From Octopus bimaculoides (Eukaryota), in NCBI RefSeq assembly GCF_001194135.2, contig NC_069002.1, positions 827,067-877,455 of the forward strand: DNA of 50,389 nucleotides, read 5' to 3'. A program made the translations under genes and the position numbers. Under the pieces are notes generated by a model. It ran no database searches. It was not told the origin of the DNA and was given only the letters and a program-made list of their open reading frames with translations. This document shows positions 1-11,540 of this stretch, in pieces; the first letter of the stretch is position 1; every line of letters begins with the position of its first letter.

Positions 1-332
1 TCCTTTCATCCTTTCGGGGTCGATTAAATAAGTACCAGTTACGCACTGGGGACGATATAATCGACTTAATCCGTTTGTCTGTCCTTGTTTGTCCCCTCTG
101 TGTGTAGCCCCTTGTGGGCAGTAAAGAAATAAGAAACGTTAGCACGCTGGGCGAAATGTTTGGCGGTATTTCGTCTGCCGCTACGTTCTGAGTTCAAATT
201 CCACCGAGGTCGACTTTTCCTTTCATCCTTTCGGGATCGATAAATTAAGAACTAGTTGCGTACTGGGGTCGATCTAATCGACTGCCCACCTCGCCAAATA
301 TTTCGGGCCTTGTGTCTAGAGTAGAAAAGAAT
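1..332 (+). mobile_element. Dimeric tRNA-derived SINE (family A): 3' part of one monomer (1-~135) joined to a second monomer (~133-332)
   Basis: Block CCTTTCATCCTTTCGGGGTCGA..AGTACCAGTT..ACTGGGG.CGAT.TAATCGACT occurs at 1-65 and again at ~219-282. B-box-like GAGTTCAAATTCC at ~190-202. Opposite-strand copies recur at 21.8, 23.5, 28.4, 48.1 and 50.1 kb. Confidence 0.85.
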
Positions 333-580
333 ATTTGGAGTGTATGTGTGTGTGACTTTGTATATGTGTATGCGCTTGCGTGTGTGCGTGCGTGCGTGCG
401 TGCGTGTTTTCCGTAATATATCCACCCGGAGATTAATCGTGGAGTCGACTGAAAATTTGACATAACGATAACAGAGATTAGCTGAATAATTTATTCTTGT
501 GAATATCTTTTATAGACATTGTGTTATAATAATAAGAAAAAACAATAAACATCCATTATCCATCCATCTACCCATACATG

Positions 581-583
<3 letters not shown>

Positions 584-628
<45 letters not shown>
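584..628. repeat. (TG)n microsatellite
   Basis: Direct reading. Confidence 0.95.
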
Positions 629-636
<8 letters not shown>

Positions 637-1491
637 TCGTATATGTATATAATGTATATGTTCATATATGTATTTATAATTTACATATAATTTTAATTAT
701 ATATGCAAATATGATATAACTGTGTGCGTATTCTTAAATTGTGCGCACATACAACCTCACACACATATACGTATGAGTGTGTGTGCATGTGTGTATATAA
801 GCATATAAGCATCCATACATTCAGACACACACACATACGCATACACTCACAGATACAGATACACACACACACACATATGTATGTATCAAAGTGTATTTGT
901 ATGCTTCGTATCTATTTGGCTATTTCGTAGAGAACAGAACTTCAAATTCCTTCGACGGCGACGCGAAAAGGATTGGATTCTAAGCAATTAAGCTGTAATT
1001 ACATTCCTAGAATTTTTAAAAAGATTAAATGGCACTACACATTTGTTTCTATGTACTCGTGCCTCTGCGTGTGTATGTATAAGTGTGTATATATATATGT
1101 GCATATATGCATATANNNNNNNNNNNNNNNNNNNNNNNNNNNNNNNNNNNNNNNNNNNNNNNNNNNNNNNNNNNNNNNNNNNNNNNNNNNNNNNNNNNNN
1201 NNNNNNNNNNNNNNNNNNNNNNNNNNNNNNNNNNNNNNNNNNNNNNNNNNNNNNNNNNNNNNNNNNNNNNNNNNNNNNNNNNNNNNNNNNNNNNNNNNNN
1301 NNNNNNNNNNNNNNNNNNNNNNNNNNNNNNNNNNNNNNNNNNNNNNNNNNNNNNNNNNNNNNNNNNNNNNNNNNNNNNNNNNNNNNNNNNNNNNNNNNNN
1401 NNNNNNNNNNNNNNNNNNNNNNNNNNNNNNNNNNNNNNNNNNNNNNNNNNNNNNNNNNNNNNNNNNNNNNNNNNNNNNNNNNNNNNNNNNN

Positions 1492-1529
<38 letters not shown>

Positions 1530-1928
1530 TGTATATATATGTATACACACACACACTTATTTATAAGTGTAAATTTTATTATTTCGTTTTGGCATAGTGG
1601 TACTAATAACCTAGTGTTCGTACTCACTATATATTTGCTCTCGAAAAAGGCGTCAGTTGAGTACAGAGCAATAACAACAAAGAAGAGACTGACCAGAAAA
1701 TAAGAAATTACGCCGTGCACTTCATCAGCCGACAGCCGTTTCTATTGTAAGATGCAATGCACTATTAGTTGTGTGCTTGTGTATCATCCATATAGCCTCA
1801 AGACAGTGCCCTGTGGGCCATTACTCTTTATTTCTATTTCCTTGGAGGTAGTCCCGTTGGCCACCACGACATTTAGAAGGTCATGTGACCAGTCTCCAAG
1901 TTTGCAGACTATGTTGAGATTACGCAGA

Positions 1929-2033
1929 TTGTGAAACTTCCTTTCCAACCATGTCGCCTCGGGGTCAGTCCCACCGTGCGGTACGTTGGGCAATTGTCTT
2001 TCGTAACAGCTTCATGCCGACCAAACCGTTGTG
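1929..2033 (+). mobile_element. SINE family BC, degenerate 5' part (tRNA head plus CORE-like segment)
   Basis: GGGGTCAGTCCCACCGTGCGGTACGTTGGGCAATTGTCTT..GCCGACCAAA matches the copy at 43068-43140 and, reversed, those at 18772 and 19648-19767. Confidence 0.7.
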
Positions 2034-2287
2034 TATTATATAACTGCCATTACTGTATTGGTATATAAAATAACGCATACAACTCACTGTTATCATATAA
2101 TAAACAAACAGAAGTTCGTGTAAGAAATCGATCATTTCTGTACTTCAGTCATTACATGTCTTTTTTCTTATAAAAGACACACATACAGGAGGAGTAAATT
2201 ATATATATAATAACACTTTCAATGTAGCTCCCGAGAAAGAATATAAGTAATTACCCGATCAACGACGGGTATTGCTGCGAGTATACA

Positions 2288-2321
<34 letters not shown>

Positions 2322-2665
2322 CATATATATATATACATATATATATATATATNNNNNNNNNNNNNNNNNNNNNNNNNNNNNNNNNNNNNNNNNNNNNNNN
2401 NNNNNNNNNNNNNNNNNNNNNNNNNNNNNNNNNNNNNNNNNNNNNNNNNNNNNNNNNNNNNNNNNNNNNNNNNNNNNNNNNNNNNNNNNNNNNNNNNNNN
2501 NNNNNNNNNNNNNNNNNNNNNNNNNNNNNNNNNNNNNNNNNNNNNNNNNNNNNNNNNNNNNNNNNNNNNNNNNNNNNNNNNNNNNNNNNNNNNNNNNNNN
2601 NNNNNNNNNNNNNNNNNNNNNNNNNNNNNNNNNNNNNNNNNNNNNNNNNNNNNNNNNNNNNNNNN

Positions 2666-2710
<45 letters not shown>

Positions 2711-3166
2711 AAGTATATGTGTATTCGTATGTGTGTGTATAAATGTGTGCGGGTATGCATACCTATATAGATATATATATACATACATGCATATACATGT
2801 GTATATATGTATGCATGTGTGTGCGTGTATGTTTGTCTATGTGTATGTATGTATGTATGTGTGTATGTGTGAATGTATGCATATTGTACCAATACACTCG
2901 TATATCATAGAAGAATTAATAAGAGTGTAAACCGATATAGCAGCGAAAGATTGGCCGAGATAAGAGAGAAGCACTCGAATATGATTCCACGTTGCCATTC
3001 TGAAGAATTCGACTTGGTAACAAGAATGGTGGAATTCCGTACAAAAACAGGTCGAAAGGAAAATTCTCTTCAGAATAAATACTTATGAAATTCGAAACTC
3101 TGCTTTGTTTTCATATTTGCGGTCGTTCCAGTCCTTTCTTTCTTTATTTTCATTTTCCTTCTTTTC

Positions 3167-3263
<97 letters not shown>
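3167..3263. repeat. (CTTT)n microsatellite
   Basis: Direct reading. Confidence 0.95.
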
Positions 3264-3265
<2 letters not shown>

Positions 3266-3534
3266 TTTCTTTTTCTTTTTCTTTCTACTTTCTTTCTCTT
3301 TCTTGCATTGTTTGTTTGCTTCTTCTTCTTCCTCCTCCTCCTCCTCTCCTCCTCCCCTCCCCAAGAACCACAACAATTGCTTTCACAACAACGCTAACAA
3401 ACACATCTACATCATCATCATCGTCATCAACATCATTAACAATAGCAGCAGCAATAATTGCCACACAGCAACACCACTACCACAACCACCACCATCATCA
3501 TCATCATCAACGCCTTCAACAACCGCATCGTCAT

Positions 3535-3584
3535 CATCATCCTCAGCATTAGCATCATCCTCAGCATTAGCATCATCCTCAGCA
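3535..3584 (+). repeat. 18-bp tandem repeat CATCATCCTCAGCATTAG x~2.7
   Basis: Units at 3535-3552 and 3553-3570, partial unit at 3571-3584. Confidence 0.85.
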
Positions 3585-4180
3585 TCATCCGTCCGTCCGA
3601 CGATCGGTCAGCTCTTCAGCTTTATCAGAGAGAGGCTATTCACCTTTTCAACGGAACCATTTCAACAAAACTGTGAAACAATTGACATCAATCACACCTA
3701 CAACTCCCCACGCACCCCTACCTCCACCCTTATACCCCCATCCAATACTATCCTCTTCTGTCTCCTCCACTCCTCCTCCTCCTCTTCCTCCCTCCTTTGC
3801 TCGCTTGTTCTTTATGGTGAACACTACCAACGATACCACCACCACCACCACCACCACCACCACTGCCACCACCACCGCCACCACCACCGCCAACACCACC
3901 ACCACCGTCACCATCATCACCTCTCTCTCCGGCTCTCACAACCGCTGCAATAATTACAACCCATTAAACACCGCTAGAAATGTACCTCTACTACTACTAC
4001 TACTACTACAACTACTACTACTACTACTACTGCTGCTGCTGCTGTTATCGGCTGAGCCGTAATTGCCAATTCCTTCACTCCAATTATCGTTATCGCCATA
4101 ATGCCGATCGACGTCGTCGTCATCGTCCTCGTCGCCATTTTCATCGTCTCCATATCTATCCATCTATCTATCCGTCCCAC

Positions 4181-4251
<71 letters not shown>

Positions 4252-4260
4252 TCTCTCTCT
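4181..4260. repeat. (CT)n microsatellite
   Basis: Direct reading. Confidence 0.95.
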
Positions 4261-4585
4261 CACTCCCTCCCTCTCTCCATCCCACCTCCAACAATGTTAA
4301 CAACCCCACAAATCAATCTTTTGTTCCCGGCCGAAAAGTGAACCGGGATCATAATTCTGTCATCTTTGAAACCTTGAATTTGGTGATGGCGATGATGGTG
4401 GAGGCGGTGGTGATGGTGACGCTGAAGTAGCAGCAGCAGCAGAAGCAGCAGCAGTAGTAGTAGTTATAGTATTGGTGGTGGTGGTGGTGGTGGTGGTTCA
4501 GGGATCAATCACTGATCTGGAATCAAATGTTTTCAAACTTTGTCAATTACAAATGTATTTTCGTGTTTTTCTTTAAAATATTCTT

Positions 4586-4678
4586 CTACTCTTTTACCGT
4601 TTTACTTAATTCTGTGCTGGACTGCGGCCATGCTGGTGCATCACTTTGAAGGGTTTTAGTTGAACAACTCGACCACAG
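4586..4678 (-). mobile_element. SINE family BC, 3' fragment
   Basis: CTCTTTTAC-type tail then GGACTGCGGCCATGCTGG..TTGAAGGGTTTTAGT, shared with the 19462 and 35171 copies. Confidence 0.75.
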
Positions 4679-4931
4679 TTTTTGTTGTTGCTGTTGACGT
4701 TGTTGTTGTTGTTGTTGTTGCTGCTGCTGCTGTTATTTTGTTGCGGTCGTCGTCGTCGTCGTCGTCGTCGTCGTATCTGCCTCTCCGAATGACCTCTCCG
4801 CCGGTCACTTGAAATCGTTCTCTTCCAGTCAGTTTTATGGCCACACACTAAAAAAAGGTGATGGATCACTTCTTTGTCCTTTTATCATTTTGATGTCGCT
4901 GTTGATGGCTTTTATTGTCACACTCTCAAGC

Positions 4932-4938
4932 TCATCAC

Positions 4939-5016
<78 letters not shown>

Positions 5017-5030
5017 CATCATCATCACCA
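4932..5030. repeat. (CAT)n microsatellite, imperfect
   Basis: Direct reading. Confidence 0.9.
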
Positions 5031-5589
5031 CCAACAACAATACTAATAACAATGTCATCCCCATTATCATTAACACCATCATGATCATCATGATCATCAT
5101 GATCATCATCGTCATCATCATCATCGTAATGGCTCATCTACCTTATCTCTAATATTCGTCGCCATTACAAGCATTGCACAGTACGATACCACTACCTCCG
5201 ACAACAACAACAACAACAATAAGCGTTATCGCTGCTTCAACACTACCACATGAACACTGCCACCACCAACTTCTTCCACTCAAAAAACAACCACCAACAG
5301 TCACCCTTTCACTATGTGTGTGTGTAGTATATATATACACACACACACGTTAGTGAACACATACGTGCAAAGCAAAATGGAGAAGTAGTACTCGAATACA
5401 AAGGTAGAGTAAAGTGTTATTTTATTGAAGTCGAAAAAGCTCCCTCTAAAACTGAACTCAAAGCTTCTCATGACCGCTCATCTATGAAAATGGGGATCCA
5501 TTCCATCTCGATCACAGATATTTTAATTAATTATTTTTAACTAAACAGTTTGCAATTTCGAATACTGGTACAATTTCTCACGTAGAACA

Positions 5590-5780
5590 CGGTTTACTCT
5601 GAACGTTTTTGACAAAGCGATTGATACAATAAGCACCAAACTAAAAAAGTATACTTGTCTCTTTTGCCGAACCCGAATTTGTGGGGACGCAAACAAACCA
5701 AAATATACTGTGGTCACTTTCTTAAACTAAACCCTTTTAATGCTGTACCCCAGCCTGGCCGCCGTCCAATGACTGAAAGG
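5590..5780 (+). mobile_element. SINE family BC 3' half interrupted by an oppositely oriented same-family fragment (5655-5703)
   Basis: Flanks read ..GATACAATAAGCACC.. and ..CCAGCCTGGCCGCCGTCCAATGACTGAAA (sense). The insert TTGTCTCTTTTGCCGAACC..GGGGACGCAAACAAACC is antisense. TATAC occurs at 5650-5654 and 5704-5708. Confidence 0.6.
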
Positions 5781-6486
5781 ATACGTCTGTCCTGTCTCCT
5801 GGAGTAGGACTCACCTAGTTGCGGAGTGGGGGTCAAAATAATGACAATAAGAACAACATTTAGAAGCAAAAAACGACAGAGAGTGATAGATAGACAGACA
5901 GATAGAGAGAGAGAGAGACAGACTGGCAGACAGACAAAGGGAAAGAGAGATAGAGAGAAAGAGAGACAAAGAGGAAGAATATGAATGAGAAAGAGTAAAA
6001 GAGAGATAGAAAGGCGAGAGAGAATTCAGAAAAAAAAAATGGTGGTAGGAACCCAACAAGGGTAAGAGAGTCCTACCAAACTGCCAGCACCTCTGATCCA
6101 CCCACTCACCTATCCACCTCCCTTCACAACAATTCCCTTCTTTCGCTTCCTTCCCCCTACCCTCCTCCGCCCCCCTCTTATCCTTTTCTCACGCGTTTAA
6201 TTCCTGGATTCACTTCAGCAAAATCGCTTGTTTTTGTTGTTTAGAGAAAGTCTACCGGATGGGAAACAGGTTTCCTGCCACTCAGCTATTAATTGGTCTT
6301 GTGTGTCTGTCTGTGTGTCTGTGCATGCTTGTATATATATGTATGCATGTGTATATAGCTATGAATGTATGTATATATATATATATATATACATATAATT
6401 ATTTATATTTATACAATTTATACAATATATACTTGCCACTTGATAAAACCATTAAAATGATTTTATCCTTAATTTTGTATTACACG

Positions 6487-6490
<4 letters not shown>

Positions 6491-6568
<78 letters not shown>
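6491..6568. repeat. (CA)n microsatellite
   Basis: Direct reading. Confidence 0.95.
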
Positions 6569-6572
<4 letters not shown>

Positions 6573-6673
6573 TATGTATATATGTATGTATATTTTTATT
6601 ATGTATATACATGTATGTCTGAGTGTATATATGTGTGATTCCTTTTATGCACATTCTGTGTTTGTGTAAGTGT

Positions 6674-7270
6674 GTGGTATTAATACTGCAGTAATTGACA
6701 TCACATGATTCCATGAGCTCTCCTACGACATCGTCGATAACTTTAAACATTAGAACTGCTGAATATTTTCTTAATCTTCTTAAGAATGACCTGTTACTTA
6801 ACGATAGTTCTGAACAAGTAGAAAAGCTCTCTATGGACTGTGGTTTCAGGACAGTTGAGTATATTCTACGGTTGTCGCTGTTGACTCAACTACATTTGGA
6901 GAGAATTCAATGATGGCGGCAGTTTGTTCACATTATTTTCGATCTTTCTTTTGGCAGGTTTTGGCCAATTCTCAGTATTTTGAGAATATCGATTTGCATT
7001 ACGAGAGCAAGTAATTTTTCTCTTAAAGAATGCTGCTTGTTGTCGAAGCTGTTTCGCAGTAAAGGTGCTTAAGTTCGGGTAAGATTCGTCCCAGTATATC
7101 TTTAAGCGCTTCATATGTCCGCTAGAAAGGCCTTCACGGGTTTTTTCATAGCATCGAAGTAGATGTTGGTTTAGATGTAGAGTCCAAGAGCACTTATGTC
7201 TTCGATAGCTCACTGGTGCTGTAGTGTTGTTTTCGTCGGTGGTGGGCTCGTTTGCATCAGAGCAATGATC
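6674..7270 (-). mobile_element. Degenerate 5'/N-terminal ORF fragment of a non-LTR retrotransposon, R4/Dong-like
   Basis: Minus strand translates SWTLHLNQHLLRCYEKTREGLSSGHMKRLKIYWDESYPNLSTFTAKQLRQQAAFFKRK. This resembles the WT..N..L..CY...G(Y/H)MKRLK..WDE..P....T.K.LRQQ N-terminal motif I recall from R4/Dong-type ORFs. Downstream frames are broken by stops. Confidence 0.55.
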
Positions 7271-7724
7271 CTGTTAGCGAAATTCCAAAGGTATAAGGTA
7301 TGTTTTTAAAACCTGGCCTGAATAACGATGCGTTGGTAGGCAAAAGGTGTTTCTCTTATTTATAATGGGAGAAATAAACCAAAGCTGGAGGACTCGGCAT
7401 AAATGTAAAAAGAAATGGTCGAAAAATATTTTTTAAATGGCCCTCTACGCCTGCACGTCTGATGTTGACGGCACCAGCTTTATGTATATCGTATATGTAT
7501 GCCTGTATTTATCTATCAGTCTATCAATTAATCTATCTGTATAAATCAATCAATCGATATGAATTTGTGCGTGTGTGTGTGTGTGTATACATACTTGTGT
7601 GTGTGTATATATATTCATATACCCTATGTACACAGACGAATAGATATAGAGTGTGATGAGAGAAGGTGCGACTGAAATACAGTGTGTGAGAAGTACTAAG
7701 ATAGGTAGGGAGAGATAGAGAGAG

Positions 7725-7726
7725 AA

Positions 7727-7805
<79 letters not shown>

Positions 7806-7864
7806 AAGGGAGAGAGAAGGGTGAGTGAGAAGGAGACAGATTAAGATAGAGGCAGAGAAGAAGA

Positions 7865-7926
<62 letters not shown>
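7725..7926. repeat. Compound (GATA)n/(GA)n microsatellites
   Basis: Direct reading. Confidence 0.9.
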
Positions 7927-7930
<4 letters not shown>

Positions 7931-8209
7931 CAAACTGAGGGTGCGGTTGGGCGGAGCAAGACATCTGGAATGATTTAAGGTTTCCAACCGCTTTAATAAT
8001 TTCGGATAAGGTTTGGTGAAGGATTAACTGAGAAGGCACTGTTGATTAGAGCAATAAAAACTGACAACAATATGCACACAGGGTATATATATATATATAT
8101 ATATATATATTCGGTGTGTATACATATATATGTTTGTATCCATATAATCATTTGTGAGGTTGTGATTTTGGGTACAGCTCCTGAGGTATATGTGTATATG
8201 AGTATATTC

Positions 8210-8212
<3 letters not shown>

Positions 8213-8259
<47 letters not shown>

Positions 8260-8397
8260 ATACAGGATGATGTGTATATATGTAAAAGTACGAATGTGTC
8301 GATGTGTGTGTATATGTGCATATTATATACGCGCATGTGTATGGTCGCATATATACATACCTGTTTCTATCAATCTATCTATCTATCTATCTATCTA

Positions 8398-8442
<45 letters not shown>

Positions 8443-8486
8443 CTGTCTATCGTTTGTCTATGAATGTATGCCGCAATCTACCTACC

Positions 8487-8554
<68 letters not shown>

Positions 8555-8557
8555 TTA

Positions 8558-8600
<43 letters not shown>
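8213..8600. repeat. Compound (TG)n, (TCTA)n, (TCTG)n and (TC)n microsatellites with short spacers
   Basis: Direct reading. Confidence 0.85.
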
Positions 8601-8726
8601 ATCATCCTCTCTTTTTTCCCTCTATCAAGGTGTATATCTATCTGATTAAAATTAAGCGTTAATATTTTTCCCACGGTTAACGAATGCAAATACTGGACCT
8701 CTGTTTTCAATCTATCTATCTATCTA

Positions 8727-8800
<74 letters not shown>

Positions 8801-8860
8801 NNNNNNNNNNNNNNNNNNNNNNNNNNNNNNNNNNNNNNNNNNNNNNNNNNNNNNNNNNNN

Positions 8861-8920
<60 letters not shown>

Positions 8921-8959
8921 GTATATGTTATGTTAATTCTCTTTATATTCTTTCTCTGG

Positions 8960-9012
8960 TTGTAGTCACTGGACTGCGGCCTTGCTGGAACATCTTATCG
9001 ACCCCAATACAT
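8960..9012 (-). mobile_element. SINE family BC, short internally deleted 3' fragment
   Basis: AGTCACTGGACTGCGGCCTTGCTGGA..ATCGACCCCA. Confidence 0.6.
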
Positions 9013-9307
9013 TTTCAGTCTGACATTTTATAAATTTCTCTCTCTCTCTCTCCGATATACATGCATACATAGGTATTTACATACATATATGCATATATGC
9101 ATGCATGTATATATACATACATGCATGCTTGCATGCATGCATATTGTCTGAATTGTCGAAGATGTACTGAAGAGGAGGTTCTAACCCGAATTATTAAAAT
9201 ACTAGGTTAAATTACAAACCATCGACTTTTATTATTTCTGATAACTTGCACTGTTTTGGCTTAATAAATAAATTATAAGCACACACATATACATCTCTCA
9301 TGACATA

Positions 9308-9570
9308 TATTGTCTATATATCTGTGCACACCTTTCAATGCTGTGTATGCCATAAGGTCTGCAATTCTAAGGGAGGCTTCAAAAAACATTTTAAGACCCA
9401 CAAAGATCAGACCTTCACTGCAGCTTTTGGTGGTCCAAATCGGATATGCAATCTATGTGGGTGTTTTCTCAAAACATCGTCTGGTTTAAAAAGCCACAAC
9501 AGACGCCATGATAGATCTAAGGTGTAGGCACAAGAGGTGGCTAGACTCTGCATAAGGAGTAGACATCCAC
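9308..9570 (+). mobile_element. LINE 3' end (probably RTE clade) with two C2H2 zinc fingers, stop codon and short 3' UTR
   Basis: CCVCHKVCNSKGGFKKHFKTH and CNLCGCFLKTSSGLKSHNRRH, then DRSKV stop (TAG 9525-9527). The 3' end AAGGAGTAGACATCCAC-CATATA is shared with the copy at 43394-43744. GLxSHxRxH is the recalled C-terminal finger motif of RTE/BovB-like ORFs. Confidence 0.75.
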
Positions 9571-9739
9571 CATATATACCCACATATACACACATTCATA
9601 ATATATATATTCATAACCACATATATACCCCTTCCTATATCTTTTATTATTTTGTACCTTCACCTAGATTAACCACAACACTGCGCTTTTTATCATCCGG
9701 TTTTGCAAATCCCCAGTCCATCACTCCTCTAGCCAATTA

Positions 9740-9794
<55 letters not shown>
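9740..9794. repeat. (CTA)n microsatellite
   Basis: Direct reading. Confidence 0.9.
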
Positions 9795-10267
9795 TCATTA
9801 TTATTATCATTATTGTTGTTGTTGTTGTTATTTGTTTCAGTTGCAGTTTGACTGTAATGAATTTCCCAGTCACGGAACGGGAGAGAATGTTACTATCACC
9901 GTCAATATCAACATTAATTAAAGGAACGTCAGAATTTTGATGCTGAGATCTGAGAATATGTGTTAGCGATACACTAATACATCATCTTGACATTGCTTAA
10001 GACTTTGCCCAATATTCTGAAGGAAGGATCTTTTTCAAAAAATAAGGAATCTTAGAAATTAAACAGGAATATTGACTTCTTTCGTTTCGCATCCCAAAAC
10101 AGGTGGTTCTGGTGAAATAGATGTTTCTTAGCTTTTTATTTCTTTACGTTTTGGATGTTATTTCATTTTAATACGTTTGTTTACCATATTTCATTTCTCT
10201 TTCTCGTTTTTTCTACACTTTTTTCATAATCATGTGTGAGGTTCTTCGTAATGCGGAAGTATTCAGA

Positions 10268-10303
<36 letters not shown>

Positions 10304-10526
10304 CATACATACACACACATATAGGCAGATATATAGGCATATATATATATAGGCAGATATATAGGCATATATATTCACATCATCTGGCGAATATACATGT
10401 ACATAATGTATATCTATACATTTGTGTGTATGGACGTATATTTATATATGTATGTATGTGTCTCTGTGTGTATATCCATCCGTCCATCCATCCATACATC
10501 CGTCCATCCATCCATACATCCGTCCA

Positions 10527-10574
<48 letters not shown>

Positions 10575-10751
10575 CATCAGCTTATTCACTTCACACTCTT
10601 GATTGCACCTATGTTTACAGTATTCATATATGTGAGCATAAATTATGTTTAATATTGTAACCAGTAATTGGGGGGGGGGGTCAATAGTGAAAATGGGACA
10701 GTAGGGTTGGGAAGCAGATTTCTAAAATATGTTCCTTTCATCTTCTATTTG

Positions 10752-10860
10752 TCTTTTACCTGTTACACCTTCAATAGTTTTCAGTCTAATGAATCAACCT
10801 CAGTACTTTGTTCTTTAAAGCCTGGTACGTATTCTATTGGTCTCTTTTGCCGAACCGCAG
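10752..10860 (-). mobile_element. SINE family BC, 3' fragment
   Basis: AAGCCTGGTACGTATTCTATTGGTCTCTTTTGCCGAACCGC shared with other BC copies. Confidence 0.7.
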
Positions 10861-11359
10861 GTAGGTTAATATATATGTATTAACCTTCAACCTTTCATTG
10901 TATTAGGGTATTGGAATTATCAATGACTCAACGAAAGAATAAATCAATCAGTCAATCATTCTACGAATGAATGGATCAATCTCTCTCTCTCTTTATCTAT
11001 CAATCTCTTTCTATAGTATAATATATCATCATGGATACTAAATGTGGTCGTACACATATACACAAACAAACACACACACATATATACCTCTCTATATATA
11101 GCCATTGTACCAAGTTCATCAGGCCAAATATACATTATATAACAATCAAAGAAAACTCTTAAGTGCAACACAAACAATGTAGCAGCGGTGAAGTAGGGGC
11201 AGTGAGGGAGGGGCAGAGGCTCAAGGGAGTGTGAGGTGGGCAGAGACGGAGATGAAAATGGAAGGAATATATTTATAATAGGAATACAAAGAAAACGATT
11301 AACTAAACCAAACAAAGGCACCAGCTTAAAACAATACATATATATATATATATATACAT

Positions 11360-11445
<86 letters not shown>

Positions 11446-11506
11446 TTGTATGTGTGTATATTTATATACATATACATACCTATACATATACATGCGTTGA
11501 TGTGTG

Positions 11507-11540
<34 letters not shown>

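Noticed and set aside
1715-1746. Minus-strand GAAACGGCTGTCGGCTGATGA hammerhead-like motif
   Set aside because: Core halves are in permuted order with only 2 nt for stem I, so it cannot fold as a hammerhead.
5397-5410. 14-mer TACAAAGGTAGAGT shared with ~35867-35880
   Set aside because: Similarity does not extend beyond the 14-mer, which is compatible with chance or an unrecognisably old repeat.
5811-5816. Minus-strand GTGAGT donor
   Set aside because: It is preceded by an acceptor-like pyrimidine tract and AG rather than exon-like sequence, and lies next to a SINE end.
9165-9200. CTGAAGA-stem-CGAAT, and a similar decayed motif at ~18622-18652, as PLE hammerhead remnants
   Set aside because: The catalytic GAAA is mutated and stems I/III are not supported. 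At most these are decayed remnants.
9308-9527. Host C2H2 zinc-finger gene exon
   Set aside because: There are no TGEKP-type linkers, and the identical 3' terminus plus CATATA tail in a second dispersed copy fits a LINE end better.
9841-9921. TTTCAG acceptor followed by LQFDCNEFPSHGTGENVTITVNININ stop
   Set aside because: It is short, has no recognisable homology, and has no supporting upstream exon.
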